64,000 bases of DNA from assembly GCA_963828255.1 (NCBI GenBank), contig CAWHDZ010000018.1, forward strand, positions 64,001-128,000, in the 5' to 3' direction. The stretch's first letter is position 1; every line of letters starts with the position of its first letter. The notes under the pieces are model-generated. The model worked only from the letters and a program-made list of their open reading frames with translations. It was not told the origin of the DNA and ran no database searches. Shown in pieces: positions 42,678 to 52,670 of the stretch. Made by a program: the position numbers and the translations under genes. This DNA comes from an uncultured delta proteobacterium. GTDB lineage: Bacteria; Myxococcota; Myxococcia; Myxococcales; Anaeromyxobacteraceae.

Positions 42678-42803
42678 TTACTTCCTGGAAACCTTGAAGA
42701 TCACGGCACCGAGAAGGACCACCACCAGCGTGCCGGCCACCACCCAGATCCAATTCCCTCCGCCTGACCAGCCGTTCATCCCCGAGCCGATGTCGTTCAT
42801 CAT
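42678..42803 (-). CDS. 41-aa single-TM protein
   Basis: MMNDIGSGMNGWSGGGNWIWVVAGTLVVVLLGAVIFKVSRK; RBS AGGTG. Confidence 0.6.
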   Translation of the reverse strand: MMNDIGSGMNGWSGGGNWIWVVAGTLVVVLLGAVIFKVSRK

Positions 42804-42838
42804 GGTGTTCACCTTTGGTGTCGCGTCGACCAGCGCCG

Positions 42839-43294
42839 CTACTTCTGCGCCATGGGCCCGCAACCGTGCCGCTGCATGCGCTCAGCGCGGACGTTGATCG
42901 CCGACCGGAGCTCCTTGAGGTCGGTCGCGGCGCTCGGCGTCAGCGTCATGCAGGCGCCCTTGTCGACGTCGGCGACGGTTGCATGCGACTGCGGCATCGT
43001 CGTCCCGCCCTTCATGTGCTCGCCTCCCATCGCGGTTCCCTTCATGTGACCGCTCCCCATCATCCCGCCCATCATCTCGTCGCCCTCGGCGGGCGTGTTC
43101 GTGACGAAGGTCAGGGCCTCACCAGTCGTCGTACTGGCGGTCGACACCTGTGCGCCCGGAACGTTCATGGGACACGCCGCCATGGAGTTGCCGGAGTGGC
43201 CGTCCATCTTCGAAGAGGTGGGGGGCGACTGTGCATACGCGGAACCGGAGAGCATCGTGAAGGCGGCAACTGCGATCAGCGCAAATCGATTCAT
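42839..43294 (-). CDS. Secreted Met-rich hypothetical protein
   Basis: RBS GAGGAG; signal peptide; CPMNVPGA; MMGGMMG tract. Confidence 0.75.
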   Translation of the reverse strand: MNRFALIAVAAFTMLSGSAYAQSPPTSSKMDGHSGNSMAACPMNVPGAQVSTASTTTGEALTFVTNTPAEGDEMMGGMMGSGHMKGTAMGGEHMKGGTTMPQSHATVADVDKGACMTLTPSAATDLKELRSAINVRAERMQRHGCGPMAQK

Positions 43295-43522
43295 TTGAGA
43301 CTCCTCTGAAATTGTCGGGAAGGCGTGAGTGCTCGATCCGTTTGCCCAGATCCACATTCCCCCCTCCGCGCCGCTCGTCATGCGATCCTTCTCTCCGGGG
43401 CCTCCACGAAATGTGCGTCCTTGGCTCCGCGCATTCGCTCGCTTACCGGGTCGTGACGTTCGCGAACGTTCTGGCCCGCCGTCGCGGCGCCGCCGGTGGA
43501 GCCCGGTCACCCGGCGACCGGA

Positions 43523-43765
43523 CTAGCGATAATCCTCGGGGTGAAGATCGATATTGCTCTGAACCTTCGGTTGCTTGACCACGACAGCCGTGACCTTCTC
43601 GGTCCTTCGCACCACCACGGGTGCGGGCGTCTCGTCGAGCGCGCACGTGCATGTCGTCGGCATCGTCGTGTCGTGGGAGACCGGATTCTTCTTCGCGGCC
43701 TCGCTCGCCAATCCTGCGGTGGCGAGGAGGGAGAATGCTGCTGCAACGATGAACTTCTTCGACAT
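43523..43765 (-). CDS. Small secreted protein with a CxC motif
   Basis: RBS GAGG; signal peptide; TCTCA. Confidence 0.65.
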   Translation of the reverse strand: MSKKFIVAAAFSLLATAGLASEAAKKNPVSHDTTMPTTCTCALDETPAPVVVRRTEKVTAVVVKQPKVQSNIDLHPEDYR

Positions 43766-43836
43766 CGGTCGACCTCTGCTTGCCCGGCGCGGGGACCAAA
43801 CGGCGTCCCCTTGACTCCGGGCGCGAGAGAGATCGA

Positions 43837-43852
43837 TGCATGTGCAATGCCA
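43837..43852 (-). promoter_or_regulatory. Sigma54 (-24/-12) promoter
   Basis: Minus strand TGGCATTGCACATGCA, ~70 bp before the ATG at 43765. Confidence 0.6.
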
Positions 43853-43950
43853 TGACGTTCCTACATCCACGGAATGGCAGAAACAGTCGCGGAGATGTCC
43901 GGGATTACGCCTGGTGATCTCCGGGCGCCTCGTTTGCTCGCTCCGCTACG

Positions 43951-44790
43951 TCACCACGCGATGGCGATGCCACCCGGCGCGGGGAGGAGATCACCGGCCT
44001 GGGGCGGACCCTTCCTGCCCGGGCGGTGAAAGAGGTAGGGCACCGCCCAGCCGATGAGGCTGCCCACTCCCGCACCGACCAGGGTGTCGGACAGGTAGTG
44101 CTTGCCCGCGGCCATCCGCAGGTAGGCGGTGAACGATGCCGCCGCAAGACCGACGCCGAGCACCCAGGGTGCGCCCGGCATGTCCTGCATGAAGAAGAGC
44201 GTGCTTCCAGACACCACCACGGCGAAGACGAACGTGGTGTGACCGCCGAAGAACGAGACGTTCGCGTCGGAGGTGGTCGCTGGATAGAGGTCCAGGGTTC
44301 CCTGCCAGACGTAGGGACGGGCCCGGCCCACCGAGTACTTCACGATCACGTTCACGAGCATCGCCAGGCTCGTGGCCTCGGTGATGAGCAGCACGCTGGA
44401 CCAGGCCGCAGCCGGATCGTCATGCAGGTAACCCTGGAGGAGCCCGAAGCCCATGACTCCCACCGGAATGGCGAACTGCATGACGTTCGAGACCGTGTTC
44501 GCAGCCGTGGGATTCGACCAGAGAACGGACCGGGAGATGTCGCCGTCGATGGGACCGGGCTCGCACCACTTGCAGTCGAGCGGGGCCAACTGGTTGTTCA
44601 GCAGGAGCAGCGTGAGCGTGCTCACGGCTAGGCCGCCGGTGACGATGCCGTCGACGGTCCAGTCGTAGGAGAGCTTGGTGAGCTCCTGCGAGGACGCCGG
44701 CGTGGGGGCCTCAGGGGAGGCATCCGAGGCCTGGACGCTGGTCGCTGCCAGGCAAGAAGCAAGGAGGGCGGCACCGAGCACGGGGCGCAT
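43951..44790 (-). CDS. PAP2 family phosphatase
   Basis: KYSVGRARP, SFFGGH, LRMAAGKHYLSD. Confidence 0.9.
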   Translation of the reverse strand: MRPVLGAALLASCLAATSVQASDASPEAPTPASSQELTKLSYDWTVDGIVTGGLAVSTLTLLLLNNQLAPLDCKWCEPGPIDGDISRSVLWSNPTAANTVSNVMQFAIPVGVMGFGLLQGYLHDDPAAAWSSVLLITEATSLAMLVNVIVKYSVGRARPYVWQGTLDLYPATTSDANVSFFGGHTTFVFAVVVSGSTLFFMQDMPGAPWVLGVGLAAASFTAYLRMAAGKHYLSDTLVGAGVGSLIGWAVPYLFHRPGRKGPPQAGDLLPAPGGIAIAW

Positions 44791-44823
44791 TTGCAAACGC
44801 TACCACGAGCGCGGTGCTAGTGT

Positions 44824-45633
44824 GTGCATGTGCAGGGACTGCGCGCCATCGCCTTGGTACTCCTTGTCGCCAACGCATCCTCCGCCCGAGGGGCAGAGGC
44901 GCCGATCCCCCTCCAGTACAACCTCGCGCTCGACCTCTCGATCACGGGCGCGATGGGGGCCTCGATCATCCTGCTCACGATCTACCAGCCCGAACTCCTG
45001 CCCGAGACCTGCCGCTGGTGCACCCCTCCGGGCATCGACGTGGCAGCACGACACGCACTGGTCTGGAGGGGCGCGGAGCGCACGGCGGACGTACTATCCA
45101 CGGTCATCGACGCGGTGATTCCAGCCTCCGCCGCGACCTATTTGCTTCTCTCGGCGAATGGCGCAGGCGACGTCAATGCCGGCCTCGTCGACTGCTTGCT
45201 CGTGACGGAGGCTGCCGCTGCGGCCCTGCTGCTGAACCAGGTCGTGAAGCTGCTCGTCGGCCGCAAGCGGCCCCACGTGTACTTCAAGAACGAGCTCGGC
45301 TATGCGGCGAGCGAGGACAACCTCTCCTTCTACGGTGGCCATACCTCGTTCGCGTTCTCGGTCGCCGCCGCCACGGTCACGGTGGCGGCGATGCGTGGAT
45401 ACGCAGGCGTCGGGATCGTCGCAGGCGTCGGGTTCACTTTGTCGGCCGCCGTCGGCTACCTCCGCATCGCGGCGGACCAGCACTATCTGACCGACATCCT
45501 CATCGGGTCAGCCGTGGGGAGCCTCATCGGGTGGGCGATCCCCCGAATCTTCCACTCACCGGTTCCGGGAAACCCGACGACGCCGGGGGCAGGAATGCGG
45601 ATGCCTCCAGTCGGGCTCACGCTGGTCTTCTGA
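44824..45633 (+). CDS. PAP2 family phosphatase
   Basis: KLLVGRKRP, SFYGGH, LRIAADQHYLTD. Confidence 0.9.
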   Translation: MHVQGLRAIALVLLVANASSARGAEAPIPLQYNLALDLSITGAMGASIILLTIYQPELLPETCRWCTPPGIDVAARHALVWRGAERTADVLSTVIDAVIPASAATYLLLSANGAGDVNAGLVDCLLVTEAAAAALLLNQVVKLLVGRKRPHVYFKNELGYAASEDNLSFYGGHTSFAFSVAAATVTVAAMRGYAGVGIVAGVGFTLSAAVGYLRIAADQHYLTDILIGSAVGSLIGWAIPRIFHSPVPGNPTTPGAGMRMPPVGLTLVF

Positions 45634-45647
45634 GCCACCCTGCGCCT

Positions 45648-46100
45648 TCAGGTCTCCCCATCCCGCCTCACCAGGATGTCCGTCCGCAGCGTGAACGGCA
45701 CGGCGCTCCCGACGTCCCCTGTCCCATCCGATCGTCGCCCCTGATATGCGCGCAGCTTGGCCTTGACCGAGTAGGGGCCAGGCGCCAGGCAGCTTCCTCG
45801 AGGGCGCCAACGCTCCACAAACTCCAGCTGCGCCCCGGCTTCGAGCGTGGTGAGTTCCGGAAGGCCCACATTGCACGGGCCGATGTGGAGGCAGAGGACG
45901 GAGGCATGGACGACAGCGCCCCTGCCGTCCTTGACGAAGAACTCCGCTCCCGGGCGCTCGAGGAAGAATGACTGGCGCTGGTTGCTCACGTTCCGGAGGA
46001 CGACCTTGAGAATGTCCTCGGCCTTCGCCTCCGCCGATTGCGACACCGTCAATGAAGCCGTCAACGGGCCTCGCCTCACCTCGCCGGGTGATGGATTCGT
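45648..46100 (-). CDS. Hypothetical Ig-like beta protein (start uncertain)
   Basis: LKVVLRNVS, TLEAG, LAPGPYSVKA pattern. Confidence 0.45.
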   Translation of the reverse strand, partial: TNPSPGEVRRGPLTASLTVSQSAEAKAEDILKVVLRNVSNQRQSFFLERPGAEFFVKDGRGAVVHASVLCLHIGPCNVGLPELTTLEAGAQLEFVERWRPRGSCLAPGPYSVKAKLRAYQGRRSDGTGDVGSAVPFTLRTDILVRRDGET

Positions 46101-46139
46101 CACGCTCACCGGACGATGTCGGGACGGGCACCCTGCAGC

Positions 46140-46450
46140 CATCGTTCACGGCGCAGGACCCGGCGAATCCCAGGAAGGTTCCGGCGGCGGCGAACGACGG
46201 TGAACCATGAACCTGGATCCGGTGCCACGTTCCATCGCGATGGAGCAGTCGCACTCCCATCTCGAATGGCACCCGCCTGCGGAAGGCGTCCAGGTAGACG
46301 GGGAGGAATCGGACGATGTCCTCGGGGTGCACTCCCTCCAGCCATCCATCGTCCAGTTCCTGGCCGAGCGTGCGGCCAGTGAAGTCGCACCATCCCTGGC
46401 TGAAACAGTCCCACTTGCCGTTGACGCCGCTGCTCCAGAAGATCCGGCGC
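46140..46450 (-). pseudogene. Isolated PAS domain fragment
   Basis: FSQGWCDFTG...GWLEGVHPED...RLLHRDGTW...G.FLGFAGSC. Confidence 0.7.
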
Positions 46451-46477
46451 TCCTCCCCGGCCACCTGTGCACGACCG

Positions 46478-46912
46478 TCATCTCGACCAAGGTGCACGAG
46501 AACCCCTCTCGGTCTCGTCCGAGCTCCACCGCTCGAATATCGCCTCCTTGCAGGGGCCTCTTCCCGCGGGAATCTTCTTCTCGACACGTATCGAACGAAT
46601 CACCGACTCGCACCGGGCGGCCGTCGCGCACTCCCCGCATACCTTCGCGTACGCTTCGACTGCCCGCTCCAGCTCGGGCTCGACCCCGGTTGACGGCCCC
46701 TGCCTGGCGGCCTCCTCGACAGCGATCAGGAGCACTGGACGCGCCCGCTTCTCCGCCAGCGCCTTCGCGTCGAGGTTGACCTCGTACATCCCCGCCAGAA
46801 GCAGGGCGGCCAACGCCCCGATCTGGAGAAGTTGCCAGCCGATGGACTTCCCCTTGCGTTCTCCGGCTGTGGCGGGCTCCACCGTCCCCGGCCTGGTGGT
46901 TTCCGATGTCAT
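46478..46912 (-). CDS. Hypothetical membrane-anchored protein
   Basis: ATGA overlap with the ClC stop; one TM; CGEC. Confidence 0.55.
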   Translation of the reverse strand: MTSETTRPGTVEPATAGERKGKSIGWQLLQIGALAALLLAGMYEVNLDAKALAEKRARPVLLIAVEEAARQGPSTGVEPELERAVEAYAKVCGECATAARCESVIRSIRVEKKIPAGRGPCKEAIFERWSSDETERGSRAPWSR

Positions 46913-48705
46913 CCGAGTTCACCTCCAAGTGCCGTCTTCACGACGTCCGACAGGGACAGCATCCCGACCACCCTCCCCCGCTCCACGATTGGCGCATGGC
47001 TCAGCCCAGCATCGAGAATCCGGGCGACCGCGTCTCGCACGGGTTCACCCCGTTCGACGCCGACTGCCGGGCCCGCGAGATCGACCGCGATGATGCCGCG
47101 AAGGTCCTGATCGGCGGACAGCGCGAGAAGCGTCGTCGAGTCGATGAGGCCGGCATAGAGCCCCGCCGCGTCCACGACTGGAATGACCGGCTGCCCGTTC
47201 GCCGCAGCCGCCATGACCTCCAGCAGGGTCGCCGAGGGTTGGACTGTCGCCAGGGATGCGCGCTCTCCAGGCACGTCGACCCTGGGCTCGCCTTCCGCCG
47301 GCCTGGCGGTTCTTCCCCCAAGGTTTGCCCGCCTTCGGTTTGGCGGCTGGGATTCGTAGAGTTGAACGTTTCGGAGGAGGACGTGGGCTCCGACCGTTCC
47401 CAGCATCAGCGGCACGAGGAGGTCGTACGACGCCGCCAGTTCCGACACGAGCACGACCGCGCTGAGCGGCACATGGGCGACGCCGCCGTACAGCGTCGCC
47501 ATGCCCACGAGCGCGAAGGAGGCTGGATGGATGTGGCTCTCCGGGAAGAGCGTCCCCGCGGCGTGACCGAACGCTGCGCCGACGAGAGCACCCACGACGA
47601 GGGCCGGGGCGAAGTCACCCGCGCTCCCGCCGCTCCCCACCGTGAAGGCCGTCGAGACGATCCGCAGCACTGCGAGGGCGAGAAACCAGCCCGCGATCGC
47701 CAGCGAGGGCCCCGTCACCTCCGCCACCGCGAGCTGGGCGAGCCCGTATCCACCTCCGAGGAATGCCGTCTCGATCGGGACGACGGGCCCGATCCGGTTC
47801 AATCCGACCGCGTAGACCGTGATGATCCCGGCCCCCAGCCCCAACCCTCCGAGAGCGGGGGTGAGCCACCGGGGCAGACCGCTATCCCGGGCAAGGTTTC
47901 GGATACCGTGCAGCGCCCAGACGAAGGCTGCCCCCGCGGCGGCGGCGATGATTGCGAGCGCTGCATAGAACGGGAGGTGTGCCGCCATGAAGGGGTGGGA
48001 CGGCATCGCTCCGAAGAGCGGCCGCGTGCCCAGGATCGCGTTCGACACCGAGAACGAGACCACGCTTGCGAGAACGGACGGAACCAGCGCCTCGGCATCG
48101 AAGTCATCCCGATACAGGACCTCGACGGCAAGCAGTGCGGCTCCGAGAGGCGTGCGGAACACGGCAGAGATTCCGGCGCCGATCCCCGCCACGAAGAGGA
48201 GGCGCCGCTCCCGGGCTGTCGTGGGCAACCACTCGGCCAGGATGGCGCCCGCGGCGCTCCCGAGTTGCATGGCAGGACCCTCGCGCCCGCCGGCGCCTCC
48301 GGTGGCGAGCGTCGCGACCGACGCGAGGAACTTGATGGGCAGAAGCCGCGGACGGACCTTGGCCTGCGCCCCGTGGTAGGTGGCGATGGTCTGGTCGCCG
48401 CCGCCGCCGAAGGCCTCGGGTGCCCACCGGGACAGGAGCCCGCCGAGGAGCGCACCAGCGGCCGGCACGACGAGGAGGAACCACGGTACCCGCCCCTTCC
48501 GCAGGGCTTGCGATGCCGTCTCGCCCGAGGCGCTCAGGAGGTCCGCTCCGGCGAGATGCTCCAGGATCAGGTGTGTTCCGGCATCCACGCTCGCCACGAA
48601 GGCCGCGCCGACGAGCCCCGCCACGATGCCAACGCCTGCAGCGAGGAGGAGGGTTCGGCTGAACATGCCGAGTTCGAGCGGACCCGCCCCGGACCGGATC
48701 AGCAC
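46909..48705 (-). CDS. ClC chloride channel/antiporter with CBS domains
   Basis: GGREGP, FRTPLGAAL, GGSAGDFAP, C-terminal CBS pair. Confidence 0.92.
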   Translation of the reverse strand: MLIRSGAGPLELGMFSRTLLLAAGVGIVAGLVGAAFVASVDAGTHLILEHLAGADLLSASGETASQALRKGRVPWFLLVVPAAGALLGGLLSRWAPEAFGGGGDQTIATYHGAQAKVRPRLLPIKFLASVATLATGGAGGREGPAMQLGSAAGAILAEWLPTTARERRLLFVAGIGAGISAVFRTPLGAALLAVEVLYRDDFDAEALVPSVLASVVSFSVSNAILGTRPLFGAMPSHPFMAAHLPFYAALAIIAAAAGAAFVWALHGIRNLARDSGLPRWLTPALGGLGLGAGIITVYAVGLNRIGPVVPIETAFLGGGYGLAQLAVAEVTGPSLAIAGWFLALAVLRIVSTAFTVGSGGSAGDFAPALVVGALVGAAFGHAAGTLFPESHIHPASFALVGMATLYGGVAHVPLSAVVLVSELAASYDLLVPLMLGTVGAHVLLRNVQLYESQPPNRRRANLGGRTARPAEGEPRVDVPGERASLATVQPSATLLEVMAAAANGQPVIPVVDAAGLYAGLIDSTTLLALSADQDLRGIIAVDLAGPAVGVERGEPVRDAVARILDAGLSHAPIVERGRVVGMLSLSDVVKTALGGELG

Positions 48706-48758
48706 TGCAAGCCGGCCGGTGGTGCGACTGCTCCGAATGCTGTCGAACCATCCCAGTT

Positions 48759-50351
48759 TCAGAGGACGTCCTTCCAGGCGGGCGACGCCTCGAATGCAGC
48801 GTGAATCAAGCCCACGTGCGAATACGCCTGCGGGTAGTTCCCCCAGAGCGCCACCCCAGGGGCGTAGTCCTCGGAGAGGAGCCCGAGCGGCGAGCGGGCG
48901 CGAAGCGCCTCGTCCATGGTGTTGCGGGCCACAGCGCCGCGCCCGATCCCTGCGAGCGCCTCGATGAGCCAGAACGTGCAGAGCACGAACGCAACCTGCG
49001 GCGTGCCCAACCCGTCATCCATTCGATAGCGGTCGATCCAGCCGGAACGGCCCAGCCCCGACATGATGGCGTCGACCGTAGCCCCCAGTCGCGGGTCCGA
49101 CCGGGGCAGGAACCGAAGCGGAACCATCTGGAGCAACGACGCATCGAGCGTCTTGCCCAGGGGCGTCGCCGTGAACGATGCCACGTCCTTGTTCCAGCAC
49201 GTGTCCAGGATGGATTCCCGTATTCGTTCGGCAGCTCCTCGGAACTCCTGGGACTTCTCCGGGTCCCGGGTTCCGAGGACGTGAGCGGAACGGTCGGCGG
49301 CCCAGGACATCAGCATGGAGAAGGTCTGGGGCTCCCAGGTCTTCCGGTACTCGCAGATGCCCGCGTCGGGCATCCCGGCGACGGCGATCGCCTTGCGGGT
49401 CAGGCGGACGAGCAGGTCGAGCGTCTGCGGCGTCTGCTCGTCCCGGAACCGATCGTCCGCGAACACCGGGGCCAGGGCGAGCGCGGTCTCCCCGTAGATG
49501 TCGAACTGGTGGTGGAGCGCCGCCCCGTTCCCGATCCGGACGGGACCGCTTCCGGCGAATCCAGCCCAGCCCGGAATGATCCGTTCCTCCAGGTCTTCCC
49601 GCCCGTCTACGCGGTAGAGCGGCGCGAGGTGCAGGTCGGGCCTCCCGCTGGCCACGTCGAGCAACCACTGCGTGAAGCGCTCGCGCTCCTCGAACTGACC
49701 GAGGAGGCGAAACGCCGTGAGGACATAGAAGGCGTCGCGAAGCCAGCAGTACCGGTAATCCCAGGTCCTGCCGCTCCCGGGTGCCTCCGGGATCGACGTG
49801 GTCGTCGCCGCGACGATGGCCCCCGTGTCAAGGACGAAGTGGCGTCTTCCGGTGAGCGCGAAGGGCTGCCCTTGCAGGTAGGAGAGCGGCACGTCGGTCG
49901 TCAGCCGGAGTTGCGAGGCGAAGCCCTCGAAGCGGACGTGGTTGGAGCCCTGGATGTGGACCGGCTCGGCCTTCGACCAGCCGAGCCGCGGCTGGCATTC
50001 CACCCGGATGCGTGGCAAGCCGGAGATGGGCTCGACGATGCGGTGGAACTGGGTGGGCCGGAACGAACGACCGTCCTGATCGAACCGTGGCGCGAAGTCG
50101 AGCACCCGGAAGGCGCCGTCCTCGTCGTCGAAGAACGTCTCGAGGACGTTCGTGTTCTCCACGTACTCCTGGGCTCCCACGACCCCGCTCACCGGCCGGA
50201 TCGAGAAATGTCCCCCTGCTGGGTCGAGCAACTGGCCGAACACCGGCTCCGAGTCGAACCGCGGCAGGCAGCACCAGACCACCGACCCGCTGCGGGCAAC
50301 GTGGGCGGCGAACTGACCGTTGCCGATGAGTCCGATCTCTTCGAGTCGCAT
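48759..50351 (-). CDS. GH15 glycoside hydrolase (trehalase-like) with an apparent in-frame internal deletion
   Basis: IGNGQ, CLPRFDS, GAIVAATTTSIPE, WDYRYCWLRDA, GLLSED, GNYPQAYSH; HFVL joins directly to DTGAIVAA. Confidence 0.85.
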   Translation of the reverse strand: MRLEEIGLIGNGQFAAHVARSGSVVWCCLPRFDSEPVFGQLLDPAGGHFSIRPVSGVVGAQEYVENTNVLETFFDDEDGAFRVLDFAPRFDQDGRSFRPTQFHRIVEPISGLPRIRVECQPRLGWSKAEPVHIQGSNHVRFEGFASQLRLTTDVPLSYLQGQPFALTGRRHFVLDTGAIVAATTTSIPEAPGSGRTWDYRYCWLRDAFYVLTAFRLLGQFEERERFTQWLLDVASGRPDLHLAPLYRVDGREDLEERIIPGWAGFAGSGPVRIGNGAALHHQFDIYGETALALAPVFADDRFRDEQTPQTLDLLVRLTRKAIAVAGMPDAGICEYRKTWEPQTFSMLMSWAADRSAHVLGTRDPEKSQEFRGAAERIRESILDTCWNKDVASFTATPLGKTLDASLLQMVPLRFLPRSDPRLGATVDAIMSGLGRSGWIDRYRMDDGLGTPQVAFVLCTFWLIEALAGIGRGAVARNTMDEALRARSPLGLLSEDYAPGVALWGNYPQAYSHVGLIHAAFEASPAWKDVL

Positions 50352-50400
50352 CCGGGGTGTTCCGCACTTGGCCGAGCGTGGTGAATCTGCCATGTTTATC

Positions 50401-50414
50401 GTTGCAAGTGCAAC
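50401..50414. promoter_or_regulatory. Palindromic operator GTTGCA-AG-TGCAAC (candidate MarR site)
   Basis: Lies in the 65-bp divergent GH15/otsA gap; second copy at 53941-53954. Confidence 0.6.
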
Positions 50415-50416
50415 TC

Positions 50417-52670
50417 ATGCGATTCGCGCTCCGATTCGTCATCCCCCTGCTCGTCCTCCTCGCGGTCGTCGCGCTGGGGGCATCGGCGTTCATGAGCGCG
50501 CAGGCGCATCGCTGGGCGGAGCGGGATCTCACCATGCGGGCCCAGGTCATCCTGGCCGGCGCAAGGGAAGGACTGACCGATCGCCTTGGCCGCAACGAAC
50601 GCTCCCGGGCAGTGGCTCTCCTCGAGGAACTCGTGCGCGACGAGCGTCTCCTGGGAGCCGCGATCTGCGCCACCGGAGAGCACCCGACCAGGTCGACCAC
50701 GGCCTTCCCGAAGGACTTGAAGTGCGACTCCGTGGTTCCGGGCAGCAGCACGTCCGGCAGCTCGGGTGTGTTCCGCCTGGTCGGCGGCACCGTTCACATG
50801 AGCGTGCTGCCCATCGTCGACGACGCCGGCGCGACCATCGGCAGGCTGGCCCTGGTCCACGACATGAGTTACGTGGATCGACGCGCCTCGGAAACGCGGA
50901 CGGCGACCTTCCTCGTGTTCGCGGTGGTCGGCCTCCTGGCCGCTGGCGCGACGATTCTCGCCTCTCGGTTTTCCTGGGTATCCTGGAGCAACGAACTCCG
51001 CCGGCACCTGGCCGCCCCGTTTCGGTCGGGCCAGGGCCCCTCCTCCGCGCCACAGCGAGCCTTCCTTCCCGTCCTCTCCGACGTCCGGGAACTGGTGCAA
51101 CGATTGACGTCGGAGGAGTCAAGCGCTGCCGGCGGACGGTGGACCCCCGAGCGGCTTCGCGGGGTTCTTCGCTCCCGCCTCCACGGTGAGGGCGTCGTGG
51201 TCGTGGCGAACCGAGAACCCTACATTCACGAGCGGATGCCGGACCGGTCGGTCCGCGTGGTCTACCCCGCCAGCGGCCTCGTCACGGCGATGGAACCGGT
51301 CATGCGGGCGTGCTCGGGCACTTGGATCGCCCACGGCAGTGGCTCGGCCGACCACGACACCGTGGATGCCCACGACCGCGTCCGTGTTCCTCCCGGGGAC
51401 GAGGCCTACAACCTGCGCCGACTGTGGCTCACCGAGGCCGAGGAGCGAGGCTACTACTACGGCTTCGCGAACGAGGGACTCTGGCCCCTCTGCCACATCG
51501 CGCACGCGCGCCCGGAGTTCCGCTCCGAGGACTTCGAGCAGTACCAGCGCGTCAATCTCCGGTTCGCCAGGGCCGTGGTCGAGGAGGCGACGGTCCCGGA
51601 CCCGATCGTCCTCGTGCAGGACTACCACTTCGCCCTGCTCCCCAGGATGCTCCGGGAGTTGCTCCCCCGGGCGACGATCATCACGTTCTGGCACATTCCG
51701 TGGCCGAACGCGGAGCGGTACGGCATCTGCCCCTGGGCGCGCGAGCTCATGGAGGGACTTGCTCGGGTCGAGCATCCTCGGCTTCCACACCCAGGCCCAC
51801 TGCAACAACTTCATGGAAAGCGCGGACCGTTACCTCGAGGCTCGCATCGATCGGGAAAGCCAGGCAGTGGTAATGGGCGGCCGGGAGACACTCGTTCGCC
51901 CCTACCCGATCTCCATCGAGTGGCCGAATCACTGGGCCGCCGGGGCTCCCTCCGTCGGCGAGTGCCGGCGAAAGGTCCGCGAGGATCTCGGCTTGCCCCC
52001 AGACTGCCTGCTCGGTGTCGGTGTCGATCGTCTCGACTACACGAAAGGCATCCTGGAACGCTTCCTGGCAGTGGAGCGGCTGCTCGAGCGATTCCCCCAG
52101 TATCGGGGACGATTCTTCTTCCTCCAGGCCGCCGCGCCCAGCCGTACCGTGATCGAGACCTACCGCAGGCTCGGCGAGGACGTGGACCTCCTGGCGACGC
52201 GGATCAACGAGCGGTTCGGATTCGGGGGGCCGGGGCCGATCGTCCTGCACCACCAGCACACGGAGCCCGGGGCGATCATGGAAGCGTACCGTGCCGCAGA
52301 CCTCTGCTACGTCTCCAGTCTCCACGACGGCATGAACCTCGTCGCGAAGGAATTCGTGAGCGCCAGAGACGACCTCCGCGGCGTGCTCGTCCTGAGTCGA
52401 TTCACCGGCGCTGGACGGGAACTGACCGAGGCGCTCGTGGTGAATCCCTATGACCTGAACGAGGCATCGAACGCGATGGCGGCGGCCTTGAGCATGCCGG
52501 GGGACGAGCAGGAGCACCGGATGCGCGCCCTCCGCAGCATGGTTTCGGAGTTCAACGTTTACAGATGGGCGGGGCGAATGCTGCTCGACGCAACCCGGGT
52601 TCGAGAGCATGACCGCCTGTCGCTACGCCTGGCGGACGCTCGCCGTGCCGGGAGCGCGACCCTTCCGTGA
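50417..52670 (+). pseudogene. otsA: Trehalose-6-phosphate synthase with an N-terminal membrane domain; one frameshift at ~51759
   Basis: VANREPY, SGLVTA, YYGFANEGLWPLCH, VQDYH, FWHIPWP; then in the next frame VDRLDYTKG, SSLHDGMNLVAKE. Confidence 0.88.
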
